A stretch of 64,000 bases of DNA from an uncultured delta proteobacterium (GCA_963785725.1 CAWAWS010000014.1:1-64000); one strand, 5' to 3'; positions 40,803-50,262 are shown, numbered from the stretch's first letter. Numbers and translations are program-made. The notes: generated from the letters alone by a model not told the origin.

Positions 40803-42587
40803 ATGAAGCGACTCGCGCTCTTCGTCATCCTCGTCGGCGCCGTGCCAGCGGCCGCCGCGCCGACGCCTACGGCGACGGGAACTTCGCCGGCGGCGGCATT
40901 CTTACGGCTGTATAACTCGATTTATACCGGCCTTTATCGGACGGCGAGCGAGGCGTCGTGGATCGCGTCGACCGACGTGGGTGACGCGCATGAAGCGGCG
41001 CGCACGGCGGCGAATACGGCGGCGGCGGTGTTCGGCGGCGATCGCGCCGTCATCGACGCGGCGCGCGCCTTCCTCGCCAATCGCGCGGCGTTGCCGCCGA
41101 TGGAAGCGCGCGAGCTCGACAAGATCCTGCTCGGCGCCGCCGAAGGGCCGGGCACGATTCCGACGGTGACGGCGGCGCGCGTCGCGGCCGAGTCGCGCCA
41201 GGCGTCGGTCATGGACGGGTATACCTTCCATCTCGACGGCAAACCGGCGAGCGCCAACGATATCGACAATGTGCTGCAGCACTCCAAAGATTTGCAGAAG
41301 CGGCGCGAAGCCTGGGAAGCGTCGAAAGAGATTGGGAAGCCGCTGAAACCGGGTCTGGTGCAGCTGCAAAAGCTGCGTAATCAGGTCGCGCGCGAAATGA
41401 AACATACCGGTTATTTCGCGCTCCAAGTGGCCGACTACGATATGACCGACGCCGAGATGATGAAGCTGCTCGACGGCTTCGTCGCCGATACGCGGCCGCT
41501 CTATCGCAAGCTGCACGCCTGGGTTCGCGCGTCGTTGGCCGAGCGCTATCATCAGCCGATTCCCAAATTGATTCCGGCACATTGGATCAACAATCGGTGG
41601 TCGCAAGAGTGGGACGGGATGGTCGACGGCGCGGTCGATTTGGATCCGCTCTTCAAAGACAAGAAGCCGGAGTGGATCGTGCAGACGGCGGAGCGGTTTT
41701 ATACGTCGATGGGATTCCCGGCGCTGTCGAAATCGTTTTGGGAGAAATCGGATCTATATGCATTACCGGCGGACTCCAAGCGCCACAAGAACGCGCATGC
41801 GTCGGCCTGGCATATCGATCTCGATCAGGACGTGCGCTCGTTGATGAGCGTGACGGCGGATTCGCAGTGGTTCTTCACGGCCCATCATGAATTGGGTCAT
41901 ATCTATTATTTCTTGTCCTATTCACGGCCGGAAGTTCCGCCGATTCTGCGGCAGGGATTGTGTCGCGCGATGCACGAGGCGGTCGGCGATCTGGCGTCGA
42001 TCGCGGCCAAGCAGCCGACGTATCTGCAAGCCGTGGGCGTGCTGCCGAAGGGGCAAAAGCTCGATCAGCAGAAGCAGCTGCTCGACGAGGCGCTGACGTC
42101 GGCGATCCCGTTCGTCGCCTGGTCGGCGGGGACGATCGCGCACTTCGAGCACGATCTATACGAGAAGGATTTACCGCCGAGTGAATGGCAGAAGCGTTGG
42201 TGGAAATATGTGGCCGAGTTCCAAGGCGTGGCGCCGCCGTCGGAGCGGCCGGCCGATGGCTGCGACGCGTGCACGAAGACGCATATCAACGATAACCCGG
42301 CGGCCTATTACCAATATGCGATCGCGGCGGTCATCAAATATCAATTACACGATCATATTTGCCGCGTGATTCTGCATACCGATCCGCATTCGTGCAGCTA
42401 TTACGGACATAAAGAGGTCGGCGATTTCTTGCGCTCGATATTGCAGCTGGGCGCGACGCGGCCGTGGCGCGAGGTCATCGCGGAAGCGACGGGCGAGCCG
42501 CTGTCGACGCGCGCGCTGATGGAGTATTTCAAGCCGCTCGATGGCTGGCTCGACGAGCAGCTGAAGGGTAAGCCGATCGGCTGGTAA
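40803..42587 (+). CDS. M2 metallopeptidase (ACE-like peptidyl-dipeptidase A), secreted
   Basis: Signal peptide; HASAW, HHELGH, MHEAVGD, YFKPL. Confidence 0.95.
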   Translation: MKRLALFVILVGAVPAAAAPTPTATGTSPAAAFLRLYNSIYTGLYRTASEASWIASTDVGDAHEAARTAANTAAAVFGGDRAVIDAARAFLANRAALPPMEARELDKILLGAAEGPGTIPTVTAARVAAESRQASVMDGYTFHLDGKPASANDIDNVLQHSKDLQKRREAWEASKEIGKPLKPGLVQLQKLRNQVAREMKHTGYFALQVADYDMTDAEMMKLLDGFVADTRPLYRKLHAWVRASLAERYHQPIPKLIPAHWINNRWSQEWDGMVDGAVDLDPLFKDKKPEWIVQTAERFYTSMGFPALSKSFWEKSDLYALPADSKRHKNAHASAWHIDLDQDVRSLMSVTADSQWFFTAHHELGHIYYFLSYSRPEVPPILRQGLCRAMHEAVGDLASIAAKQPTYLQAVGVLPKGQKLDQQKQLLDEALTSAIPFVAWSAGTIAHFEHDLYEKDLPPSEWQKRWWKYVAEFQGVAPPSERPADGCDACTKTHINDNPAAYYQYAIAAVIKYQLHDHICRVILHTDPHSCSYYGHKEVGDFLRSILQLGATRPWREVIAEATGEPLSTRALMEYFKPLDGWLDEQLKGKPIGW

Positions 42588-42588
42588 G

Positions 42589-42608
42589 AAGTAAACGCCC
42601 GTTTACTT
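42589..42608. repeat. AT-rich 20-bp palindrome, copy 1
   Basis: AAGTAAACG-CC-CGTTTACTT starting 1 nt after the M2 stop. Confidence 0.7.
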
Positions 42609-42668
42609 GCTCGTCGTTCGCGTGTTGATTCGATTCGAAATGAGCTGAGCTGCGTGGGTTTCCTGGCG

Positions 42669-43151
42669 TTAGGCGTGATGCGGGCGAGACGGCGGGGCGC
42701 GCATGCCGGCGACCCGCCGCGACGGCGCGGCCGCGGGCGCGTCGTGACCGTCGGCGCCGAGCCAGCCGCCGACGAGCAGGAGCGCGACGCTGCCGAGCAC
42801 GAGCGCGAACGGCACCGCCGCGAAAGTCGTCGCGCCGGCGTGCAGACGAACGACGGCGCTGGCCGTGGCGACGACGACGGCGGCGGTCAATAACGCGAAG
42901 CTCACGCCGGAGGCTCGCCAAGCGCTCGATCGTCGAGGCAGCGCCAGCCAATCGATGAACGCCGGCAACGCCACGAGCGCGCCGGCGATGGCGCCGGCGA
43001 ACGCGAGCAGGAATGCGACCTCGCTCCAGATGATATCGCCGGTAATCAGGCGTACTAAATCGAATATGGGCGTAAGTACTAGCAAGAATGTAGGAAAAGA
43101 GATGGACATCGGGTGAAGCGGTTGTCCGATTGGCGGCGATTGGTGACGCAT
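42669..43151 (-). CDS. DUF2231-like membrane protein
   Basis: GQPLHPMSISFP...AGALVALPAFIDW...GGWLG. Confidence 0.7.
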   Translation of the reverse strand: MRHQSPPIGQPLHPMSISFPTFLLVLTPIFDLVRLITGDIIWSEVAFLLAFAGAIAGALVALPAFIDWLALPRRSSAWRASGVSFALLTAAVVVATASAVVRLHAGATTFAAVPFALVLGSVALLLVGGWLGADGHDAPAAAPSRRVAGMRAPPSRPHHA

Positions 43152-43335
43152 GCAACGTATACACAGCAAGCGACGGGCCAGGCGGGGATGCTCAAGCGTC
43201 ACCGAGCGTAACAGCCGGCAAATGCTGCGCGCCGCTCGCGTGAGAGTGTAGGTCAACGTCCCGCCGATGTAAGTACGGCGTAACCTCGCGAGCCCGCGGC
43301 TTGACGGCACCGACGTGGCGCGGTACTCACGGCGC

Positions 43336-43809
43336 ATGTTGCTCCAACGCGTCACCGATAAATTGCGGACCGGCCTCAACGAGGTGCTGACCTCGTCTTA
43401 TGGCGATCAATTCAAGCCTGTGAAGCTTTTGCGCGAAGTGCTGGCGACGGCGAATGACCTGAGCGGTCGGCCGATCTGCGCGCAGTCGGAATTGGAGGAG
43501 CGCCGGCACACGGCGATCGTCGAGACGGCCGTCAAGCGGGAGCCGGCGCCGGTCATGCTCTATTTCGACGGCAAAGATCACCGCACCAAGAACAAGATGG
43601 AAGAGCTGCTGAATGCGAAGGATATTCCCTTCAAGCTGCTCGACTTGACGGACGACGAAGCCACGCGCTCGTGGGCGACGACGCAGGCCAAGCAGCTCGA
43701 GTTTCCGCTGTTGTTCATCGCCGGCGAGCCGGTCGGCGGTCTGCACGAATTGACCGCGCTCGACGTCAACGGCGAGCTGATTCCGCGCGTATTCGGCACC
43801 GCTCGTTAA
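43336..43809 (+). CDS. Glutaredoxin-fold protein lacking CxxC
   Basis: PVMLYF...ELLNAKDIPF...FPLLFIAGEPVGGLHEL...GEL. Confidence 0.75.
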   Translation: MLLQRVTDKLRTGLNEVLTSSYGDQFKPVKLLREVLATANDLSGRPICAQSELEERRHTAIVETAVKREPAPVMLYFDGKDHRTKNKMEELLNAKDIPFKLLDLTDDEATRSWATTQAKQLEFPLLFIAGEPVGGLHELTALDVNGELIPRVFGTAR

Positions 43810-43839
43810 TTCGTTTTCCACGCGCGAGGCGTGTCGCCA

Positions 43840-44676
43840 ATGGCGCATTTGCAGCTCGTTCGCAAGGACGACGTCTCCAGCTTTCGCAAGATCGCCATCG
43901 GCACTTGGCGTACGGCGTACGATCCGTCGGTCTATGGAACGATCGAGCTGCGAATGGAATCGGCCATTCGCTATATCCACGAATTCCGCGAGAAGACCGG
44001 CAAGAAGCTGACCGTTTCGCATTTGTTGGCGAAAGCGGCGGCGATGGTCTTGCTCGAATGTCCCGACGCCAACGCGCTGCTGCGCTGGAATCGCGTTTAT
44101 CTGCGCCAGCGAATCGGCATTTTCTTTCAAGTCGTATTGACCGATGAAGGCGCCGGTAAGGCCGATTTGTCGGGCGCGACGCTCTATGACGTCGAAAAGA
44201 AGTCGCTGAGCGAGATTTACGACGAGTTCAACGACAAAGTGGCGGCGGTTCGGGCGCGTAAAGATCCGGCGCTGGAGAGGTCGCGGCAGACGTTCTTGGG
44301 TATTCCTTATCTCGCTTTGAACTTCGTCCTGCGGCTGATCTCGTTTCTCTCGTATACGCTCAACCTCGATCTATCCCGCTTCGGCTTACCGCGCGATCCG
44401 TTCGGCAGCATGATGATTACGAATATCGGGACGCTGGGATTGGATACGGCGTTCGTCCCATTGGTTCCTTATTCGCGCGTGCCGATCTTGTTGGCGGTGG
44501 GCGCGGTCAAGGACGAGCCGATCGTCGATCATCACGGGCAATTGGCGGTGGGAAAGCTGATGCGCGTGAACGCGACGTTCGATCACCGATTCATCGATGG
44601 CTTTCATGCGTCGGTCATGGCGCGTGTATTGCGAGAGTGGATCGAAAACCCCTACGAGCACTTCGATAAAATATGA
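43840..44676 (+). CDS. Stand-alone 2-oxoacid dehydrogenase E2-type acyltransferase catalytic domain
   Basis: FGSMMITNIGTLG, LAVGAV, ATFDHRFIDG; no lipoyl domain. Confidence 0.85.
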   Translation: MAHLQLVRKDDVSSFRKIAIGTWRTAYDPSVYGTIELRMESAIRYIHEFREKTGKKLTVSHLLAKAAAMVLLECPDANALLRWNRVYLRQRIGIFFQVVLTDEGAGKADLSGATLYDVEKKSLSEIYDEFNDKVAAVRARKDPALERSRQTFLGIPYLALNFVLRLISFLSYTLNLDLSRFGLPRDPFGSMMITNIGTLGLDTAFVPLVPYSRVPILLAVGAVKDEPIVDHHGQLAVGKLMRVNATFDHRFIDGFHASVMARVLREWIENPYEHFDKI

Positions 44677-46064
44677 AACTCATTTCAATGACCGCGAAAC
44701 GAATCGGATTGGGGTTCATGGCCGTGGCGCTCATGGGCGCGGGCGGCGATGACGGCATGTCGGCGCGGCTGCTCGGCAAGGCGATGAGCGAAGGGCGCGC
44801 GCTCGGCATCGCGCAGTCGCTGTCCGACGGCGTCGGCGCGCGGCCGGCCGGCTCGCCGGGCGCGGCGCGCGCGGTGCAGTGGGCGGTGCAGGAGATGAAG
44901 GCGCTGGGGTTCAAGAACGTGCATACCGAGGCGGTGAAGGTGCCGCATTGGGTGCGCGGCGAGGCGTCGGCGGAGCTGATTTCGCCGGCCAGTCAGCCGT
45001 TGGCGCTGACGGCGCTCGGGCCCAGCGTGGCGACGGAGGGTGACGGCATTACGGCGGACGTCATCGAAGTGCGCAGCTTCGACGAGCTGAAGCAGCTGGG
45101 CGACGCGGCGAAGGGCAAGATCGTGCTCTTTCAGCACGACATGAAGCGCAGCCACGGCTTCGAGGAATATGGGCACGCGGTCGGGCTGCGCGCGCTCGGC
45201 GCGTCGGCGGCGGCGAAGGCGGGCGCGCTGGCGGCGTTGGTGCGGTCGGCGGGTACGGGGAATTATCGGCTGCCGCACGCAGGCGCGCTGCGCTACGACC
45301 CGGCGGTGCCGAAGATTCCGACGGCGGCGTTGAGCGTCGAGGATGCCGAGATGATCCATCGGCTGCTGGCGACGGGGCAGAAGGTGCGGATGAAGCTGAA
45401 GCTGACGTCGCATATGGAAGGCGAGGTCGATTCGGCGAATGTCGTGGGCGAAATTCCCGGGCGCGAGAAGCCGCAAGAGATCGTGCTGCTGGGCGCGCAT
45501 TTGGATTCGTGGGACTTGGCGACGGGCGCGATCGACGACGCGGCCGGCTGCGCGATCGTGATGGACGCGGCGCGCTTGGCGGGCGCGGTCGGGCGCGCGC
45601 CGAAGCGGACGTTGCGCGTCGTGCTCTTCATGAACGAGGAGATGGGGCTGTCGGGCGCCAAGGCGTATGCCGAGAAGCACGCGGGCGAGCTCGGCAAGCA
45701 CGTCGCGGCGATCGAGATCGACTCCGGTGAAGGGCGGGCGACGGGGTTTGGCGCGATCGGCGGCGCGGCGGCGGTGACGCTGTTGAAGCGGCTGACGGCG
45801 CCGCTGGCGACGATCGGCGTGACGCAGGTCGTGCCGTCGGAGGAGGCGGGCGCGGATTTGACGCCGCTGGCGGGGAAGGTGCCGCTGTTCTCGCTGGAGC
45901 AGGATATGGAGTCGTATTTCGATTGGCATCATACGGCGGCGGATACGTTCGATAAGATCGACCCGCTCGATATCGCGGTGGATACGGCGGCGGTGGCGGT
46001 GGTCGTGTATGGGCTGGCGGACGGGAACGAGGTGTTGCCAATGAGCACGCCGTCCAAGCGGTAA
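44673..46064 (+). CDS. M28 family peptidase with PA domain (carboxypeptidase Q-like)
   Basis: GAHLDSWD, GAIDDAAG, NEEMGL, EIDSG, YFDWHHTAAD. Confidence 0.9.
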   Translation: MKLISMTAKRIGLGFMAVALMGAGGDDGMSARLLGKAMSEGRALGIAQSLSDGVGARPAGSPGAARAVQWAVQEMKALGFKNVHTEAVKVPHWVRGEASAELISPASQPLALTALGPSVATEGDGITADVIEVRSFDELKQLGDAAKGKIVLFQHDMKRSHGFEEYGHAVGLRALGASAAAKAGALAALVRSAGTGNYRLPHAGALRYDPAVPKIPTAALSVEDAEMIHRLLATGQKVRMKLKLTSHMEGEVDSANVVGEIPGREKPQEIVLLGAHLDSWDLATGAIDDAAGCAIVMDAARLAGAVGRAPKRTLRVVLFMNEEMGLSGAKAYAEKHAGELGKHVAAIEIDSGEGRATGFGAIGGAAAVTLLKRLTAPLATIGVTQVVPSEEAGADLTPLAGKVPLFSLEQDMESYFDWHHTAADTFDKIDPLDIAVDTAAVAVVVYGLADGNEVLPMSTPSKR

Positions 46065-46090
46065 CGCGGCGGCGGTCGCCGGCGCGGCGG

Positions 46091-46112
46091 TAAGTAAACA
46101 GCCGTTTACTTA
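46091..46112. repeat. AT-rich 22-bp palindrome, copy 2
   Basis: TAAGTAAAC-AGCC-GTTTACTTA, 26 nt after the M28 stop. Confidence 0.7.
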
Positions 46113-46247
46113 GCTGCGGCCGGCGCTCCGGAGCTTCCGTCGGGCCGGACATCGGTTGATCGCGCAACGGCGTGATTGGTTTATCGCGGGCTCGGTCTCG
46201 AAGCGCCGACGTTCGCCCCCAATTGCAGCGCAAGAAACGAGCACGGC

Positions 46248-46802
46248 TTAGAAGCGCGCGTGCGTGAGGGCGGCGAGGAGCGCAGCTCCGAACATGAGGC
46301 CGGCGGCGAATGCCGTGACGATGGCGCGCAGCGCGGGGGCGGCGGTCGTCGGGAGCGTGAAGTCGACGGTGTGGATGCGGGCGGCGTCGGCGTCGACGAG
46401 CAGGACGCCGTCGACGGCGAACGCGCAGCGATATTCGAGCATCTGGCGGCGCGTCGCGGGCGCGGCGATGTCGGGCGCGACTTGGCCGGTCTTGACCTCG
46501 GCGACGTAGCGGCGGCGGCGGCGCGTGACCACGAAGTCGGCGCGCAGCTGCACCGGCTGCTCGTCGCCGCCGACGCGGACGGTCCAGGTCGTGACCGCCT
46601 GGCGCGCGTCGATGCGATAGCCGGCGCGCGCCAACAGCTTCTCGGCGCGGACTTCGCCGGCCGCCGCGTGCGCCGCCTGCGAGCGCAGCCGCCAACGCAG
46701 CGCCGCCCCGCGCCACCACAGCCGCGCCGTCTGCAGCGCGGCCAGACCCACGCCCGCCGTCGCCAGCACGATCCACGACTCGCGCGGCAGCGTCGGCAAC
46801 AT
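46248..46802 (-). CDS. Membrane-anchored PD-(D/E)XK nuclease-like protein
   Basis: GEVRAEKLLARAGY, RADFVV, VAEVKTG, RRQMLEY; TM segments at both ends. Confidence 0.7.
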   Translation of the reverse strand: MLPTLPRESWIVLATAGVGLAALQTARLWWRGAALRWRLRSQAAHAAAGEVRAEKLLARAGYRIDARQAVTTWTVRVGGDEQPVQLRADFVVTRRRRRYVAEVKTGQVAPDIAAPATRRQMLEYRCAFAVDGVLLVDADAARIHTVDFTLPTTAAPALRAIVTAFAAGLMFGAALLAALTHARF

Positions 46803-46906
46803 CAGCGCGGCGCCGCCCCCGTCGTCAGAACGCGCAACGTCGCCGTCGTCCGCCCGTCTTCGTCATCCGCCGGAGCTCCGTCGCGATCGAGCCGCAGCCG
46901 CGCCAT
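46802..46906 (-). CDS. Possible 34-aa leader ORF coupled to the nuclease gene
   Basis: MARLRLDRDG...GAAPR*, TGATG overlap, TAAGAT hexamer 6 nt upstream. Confidence 0.25.
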   Translation of the reverse strand: MARLRLDRDGAPADDEDGRTTATLRVLTTGAAPR

Positions 46907-47001
46907 CCGCGAATCTTACCTGACGCTGACTGCCGTGCTCGTTTCTTGCGCCGCGATTGGGGGCGAACGTCGGCGCTTCGAGACCAAGCGCCCGTCGCGC
47001 C

Positions 47002-48786
47002 CTACGCAACCGCCTTCGGCGCAATCAGCGGCGGCGAAAACTCCAGCGCGACCGTCTCGCCCGCCGCCCGCATCTCCACCGTCTGAATCTCCGGCCACGA
47101 ATCCTGACACGCCGCCTCCGACATCGGCTGCGACACCAGCCGCTCCAGATTGCGCGACAAATGCCGCGCCCCCAGCCGCGCGTTGTACCCTGTGTCCACC
47201 AACAGCTCCAACACCGCCTCGCCGTAAGCGATCCGCTTGCCGCGTCGATCCCAGCGCTCCTCTTCTTCCTTCATCATCTTGCGCGCGATCGCCAACAGAT
47301 CCTCGCGCAGGAAGTTGCGAAACGGCACCAGATCATCGATGCGATTGACGAACTCCGACGGCAGCGTCTTCAACAAATAGTCGAGCACGCGCTTGGCGCT
47401 CGGCTCTCCCGGCGACAGCGCCTTGGCGAACCCGAGCTGCGAGTTCTCGTCCGCCCACAGCTCGCGCCCCAGGTTCGACGTCATCGCGATCACGCACTGC
47501 GAGAAGTCGACGCGCTTGCCTTTGCCGTCGGTGAGCACGCCTTCGTCGAACAGCTGCAGGAACAGCCGAAGACAATTGGGATGCGCCTTCTCCACTTCGT
47601 CGAACAGGATCACGCAGTGGCCGAGCTTCGCCACCGCGCCCGTCAGGTGGCCCTCCTCGCCGTAGCCGAGATAGCCGGGCGGCGAGCCGATCATCTTCGA
47701 ATACTCGTGCTGCTCCATGTATTCGCTCATGTCGAGGCGCACCAAGCGGTTCAGATCGCCGTACAAGACCTGCGCGAGCCCTTTGGCCAGCTCGGTCTTG
47801 CCGACGCCCGATGGTCCCAAAAACAGGAACACGCCGTCGGGACGCTGCGGCTTGCGATCGAGCTGCAGCTTCGTCACGCGCATGCGCCGCGCCACCGCCG
47901 ACACCGCCTCCGGCTGCCCGAGCACGCGCTCCGACAGCGCCGACTCGAGCCCGCGCAGCCGCGGCCGATCCCACAACAGCGCCGCCTCGACGTGCGTGCG
48001 CGCCGCTTCGCGCACCTCGACCGGATCGACGTTGGTCTGCCCGTGCACGAGCGCGTGCGCGCAGGCGTCGTCGAGCAGCCGCACCGACGAGCCCGGCGGG
48101 CGATAGGGGATCGTATGATGCCCGGCCGCCGTCACCGCCTCGTCGACGGCAACATCATCGATGACGACGTGATGATGCGCTTCGAGCGACCGCGCCGCGT
48201 CTTGCACGACCTGCCGCAGATACGTGCCCGCCAGCTCCTCGACGTACAACAGCGAGGTGCGCCGCGAATAGAGCGAGTCGCCGGCCAGCTTGGTCTCGTA
48301 TTCCTTCGGAATCGTCGTCAACACCGCGCGCAGCGTCCCTTGCGCCAACAGCGGCCGCAGACACGCCGTCATATCGTTCACCAGCGGCGTCGCGCCCGGC
48401 TGTCCCGACAAGAGGTGCAGATCGTCGACGACCAGGATCGTCTTCGGCAGCCGTGACACTTGCACCAGCGTGTCCGTCAGCGCCGCCGTGCCGATTTTGC
48501 CCAGCACCACCGACGTCAAAATCTGCCCCAAATCGAGCTGCGCGAACGTGTACTCGGCCAGCGCCGGAATCTTTCCGTCGAGCGCCGCCCGCGCCAAGCC
48601 GCGCACGAGCCCGGTTTTCCCGCAGCCCGACTCCGCCAGCACGAGCACGACCGGGTCGTTTCGCCGCAGTAAAATGCGGGTCATTCGTTCCATCGGTATT
48701 TCGCGCCCGTAAACTGGCGAGGGTGCGTTGGCCAGGAGCGCGGCGTCCCAAGGAATGAGGTACGGAATCGCCGAGACAGCACTCAT
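47002..48786 (-). CDS. Atypical ClpA/C-like AAA+ ATPase with no N-domain and a degenerate D1
   Basis: D1 AESGCGKT and VDDLH; D2 FLFLGPSGVGKTELAK, DMSEY, GSPPGYLG, FDEVEKAHP, MTSNLG, EFVNRID, GARHL; LGF loop. Confidence 0.9.
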   Translation of the reverse strand: MSAVSAIPYLIPWDAALLANAPSPVYGREIPMERMTRILLRRNDPVVLVLAESGCGKTGLVRGLARAALDGKIPALAEYTFAQLDLGQILTSVVLGKIGTAALTDTLVQVSRLPKTILVVDDLHLLSGQPGATPLVNDMTACLRPLLAQGTLRAVLTTIPKEYETKLAGDSLYSRRTSLLYVEELAGTYLRQVVQDAARSLEAHHHVVIDDVAVDEAVTAAGHHTIPYRPPGSSVRLLDDACAHALVHGQTNVDPVEVREAARTHVEAALLWDRPRLRGLESALSERVLGQPEAVSAVARRMRVTKLQLDRKPQRPDGVFLFLGPSGVGKTELAKGLAQVLYGDLNRLVRLDMSEYMEQHEYSKMIGSPPGYLGYGEEGHLTGAVAKLGHCVILFDEVEKAHPNCLRLFLQLFDEGVLTDGKGKRVDFSQCVIAMTSNLGRELWADENSQLGFAKALSPGEPSAKRVLDYLLKTLPSEFVNRIDDLVPFRNFLREDLLAIARKMMKEEEERWDRRGKRIAYGEAVLELLVDTGYNARLGARHLSRNLERLVSQPMSEAACQDSWPEIQTVEMRAAGETVALEFSPPLIAPKAVA

Positions 48787-48795
48787 TGTCTCTCG

Positions 48796-48805
48796 ATTGT
48801 ACTAT
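48796..48805. promoter_or_regulatory. Candidate bidirectional -10 core (TACTAT on +, TACAAT on -)
   Basis: ATTGTACTAT in a 20-bp divergent spacer. Confidence 0.55.
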
Positions 48806-48806
48806 A

Positions 48807-49691
48807 GTGAAGGCAGTGCGTTGGACCGCGTTGGTCTCGATCGTGGTGTGGCTCTGCCCCGCAATCGCCGCCGCTGCCGGAGTCGTCCTCGGCAACGATC
48901 ACGAGCCCGACGCCAAGGAAACGATCGAAGCCGCGCGCCAATCGGCGCCCGATTTCTCCTACGCCGACCTGGAATCGCCCGACGCGCCCGAGCAGCTGCG
49001 CCACGCCGACGTCATCCTCGCCGTCGGCGCGCGTGCGTTGACGATGGCGCGCACCGTCGCGCCCGAGCGTCCGATCGTCTACGCGATGGTGCCCGCGGCC
49101 GACGTGACGCCGGCCAAGACGGTGACGGGCGTGGCGATGGAAGTGGCGCCGTTCGTCCTCTTCGCGCAGTGGAAGCAGATTCGTTTCGACGGTCTGCGCA
49201 TCGGCGTCGTCTACGATCCGAAGGTGTCCGGCGCCGCGCTCGCCGACGCCAACAAAGCCGCCGCCGCGCTCGGCCTGACGCTGGTGACGCGGCCAGTGTC
49301 CGACCCGAGCCAAGTCCTGAAGGCGCTCGCCGAGCTGGCGCCGCAGATCGACGTCCTGTGGCTCGTGCCCGATCGCAAGCTCTTCGACGACGCCAGCGCC
49401 AAGAGCGTCGTCGCCTTCGCGCTCGAGAAGAAGCTGGCGCTGCTCGGCTTCGCCGACACGATCACGGCGGCGGGCGCGCTGGTGTCGCTGTCGCCCGACG
49501 GCAAAGACAGCGGCCGGCGCGCGGCGCGCATGGCCGTCGGCATCGCCAGCCGGCCCGCCGATCAGCGGCTGCCGCTGCCGCCGTTGGCGACGAGCCCGGG
49601 TGCGCTCACGATCAACGCCAAGACGGCGCAGCTCATCGGCCTCGAGATCCCGGAAGCGCTGCTGCACAAAGCGCGCAAAGTCTACCGTTAG
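48807..49691 (+). CDS. ABC-transporter-type substrate-binding protein (ABC_sub_bind-like), orphan
   Basis: Signal peptide; PIVYAMV, RIGVVYDP, IDVLWLVPD, LTINAKTAQLIGLEIP; start 48807 or 48816. Confidence 0.8.
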   Translation: MKAVRWTALVSIVVWLCPAIAAAAGVVLGNDHEPDAKETIEAARQSAPDFSYADLESPDAPEQLRHADVILAVGARALTMARTVAPERPIVYAMVPAADVTPAKTVTGVAMEVAPFVLFAQWKQIRFDGLRIGVVYDPKVSGAALADANKAAAALGLTLVTRPVSDPSQVLKALAELAPQIDVLWLVPDRKLFDDASAKSVVAFALEKKLALLGFADTITAAGALVSLSPDGKDSGRRAARMAVGIASRPADQRLPLPPLATSPGALTINAKTAQLIGLEIPEALLHKARKVYR

Positions 49692-49794
49692 CTGTCCCAG
49701 CCGTTCGCTCGCTTGCCGATCGGCCGAGCGTTTGCTCGTCTGCTTGACGTCTCCTCTCGTCGACGTATTTCCAGTGGCACGAGGAGGCGACACT

Positions 49795-50262
49795 ATGGTT
49801 CTCAGCCATGACAAAGTCATCGAGGAGCTCAACGAGCTCATCCGCTTCGACTACGACGCCATCGGGGCCTACGACACGGCCATCGCCGGCATTCACGAGT
49901 CGTCGGCGCGCGAGCCGTTGATCCTGTTTCGCGCCGATCACGAGCGCCATATCGTCGAGCTGTCGGCGATCGTCCGCCGCCTCGGCGCCGAGCCGGTCGA
50001 CAAGCCCGACTTCAAAGGCCTGGCGCGCAAGACGATGACCAAAGTGGCCGAATTGGGCGGCACCGAGCTCATCTTGAAGGCGATGCACTCCAACGAGCGC
50101 GTCCTCGTCAGGGCCTACCTGCACCATCAGTCGCTCGATTTCCCGGCCGATATCGCGCAGCTCGTGCACGACAACTTCTTGGACGAAGAGCGCCACCTCG
50201 CGTGGCTCGAGTCGGCACTGCAGTCGCGCATTTGGGAGACCGGCGCCTGGCCGATGCCTTAG
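49795..50262 (+). CDS. Ferritin-like domain protein (DUF2383-like)
   Basis: LNELIRFDYDAIGAY, DHERH, NE, DEERH; RBS GAGGAGG. Confidence 0.85.
   Translation: MVLSHDKVIEELNELIRFDYDAIGAYDTAIAGIHESSAREPLILFRADHERHIVELSAIVRRLGAEPVDKPDFKGLARKTMTKVAELGGTELILKAMHSNERVLVRAYLHHQSLDFPADIAQLVHDNFLDEERHLAWLESALQSRIWETGAWPMP

Noticed and set aside
40803..42587. ACE-like peptidase as a eukaryote-derived novelty
   Set aside because: Bacterial M2 peptidases are already known; nothing unusual seen here
47002..48786. ClpV of a type VI secretion system, or ClpB
   Set aside because: No T6SS genes, no N-domain, no M-domain coiled coil, and an LGF ClpP loop is present
49775..49790. TGGCAC as a sigma-54 promoter here and at 39125
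   Set aside because: No GC at the -12 position (GG-N10-CG and GG-N10-GA)
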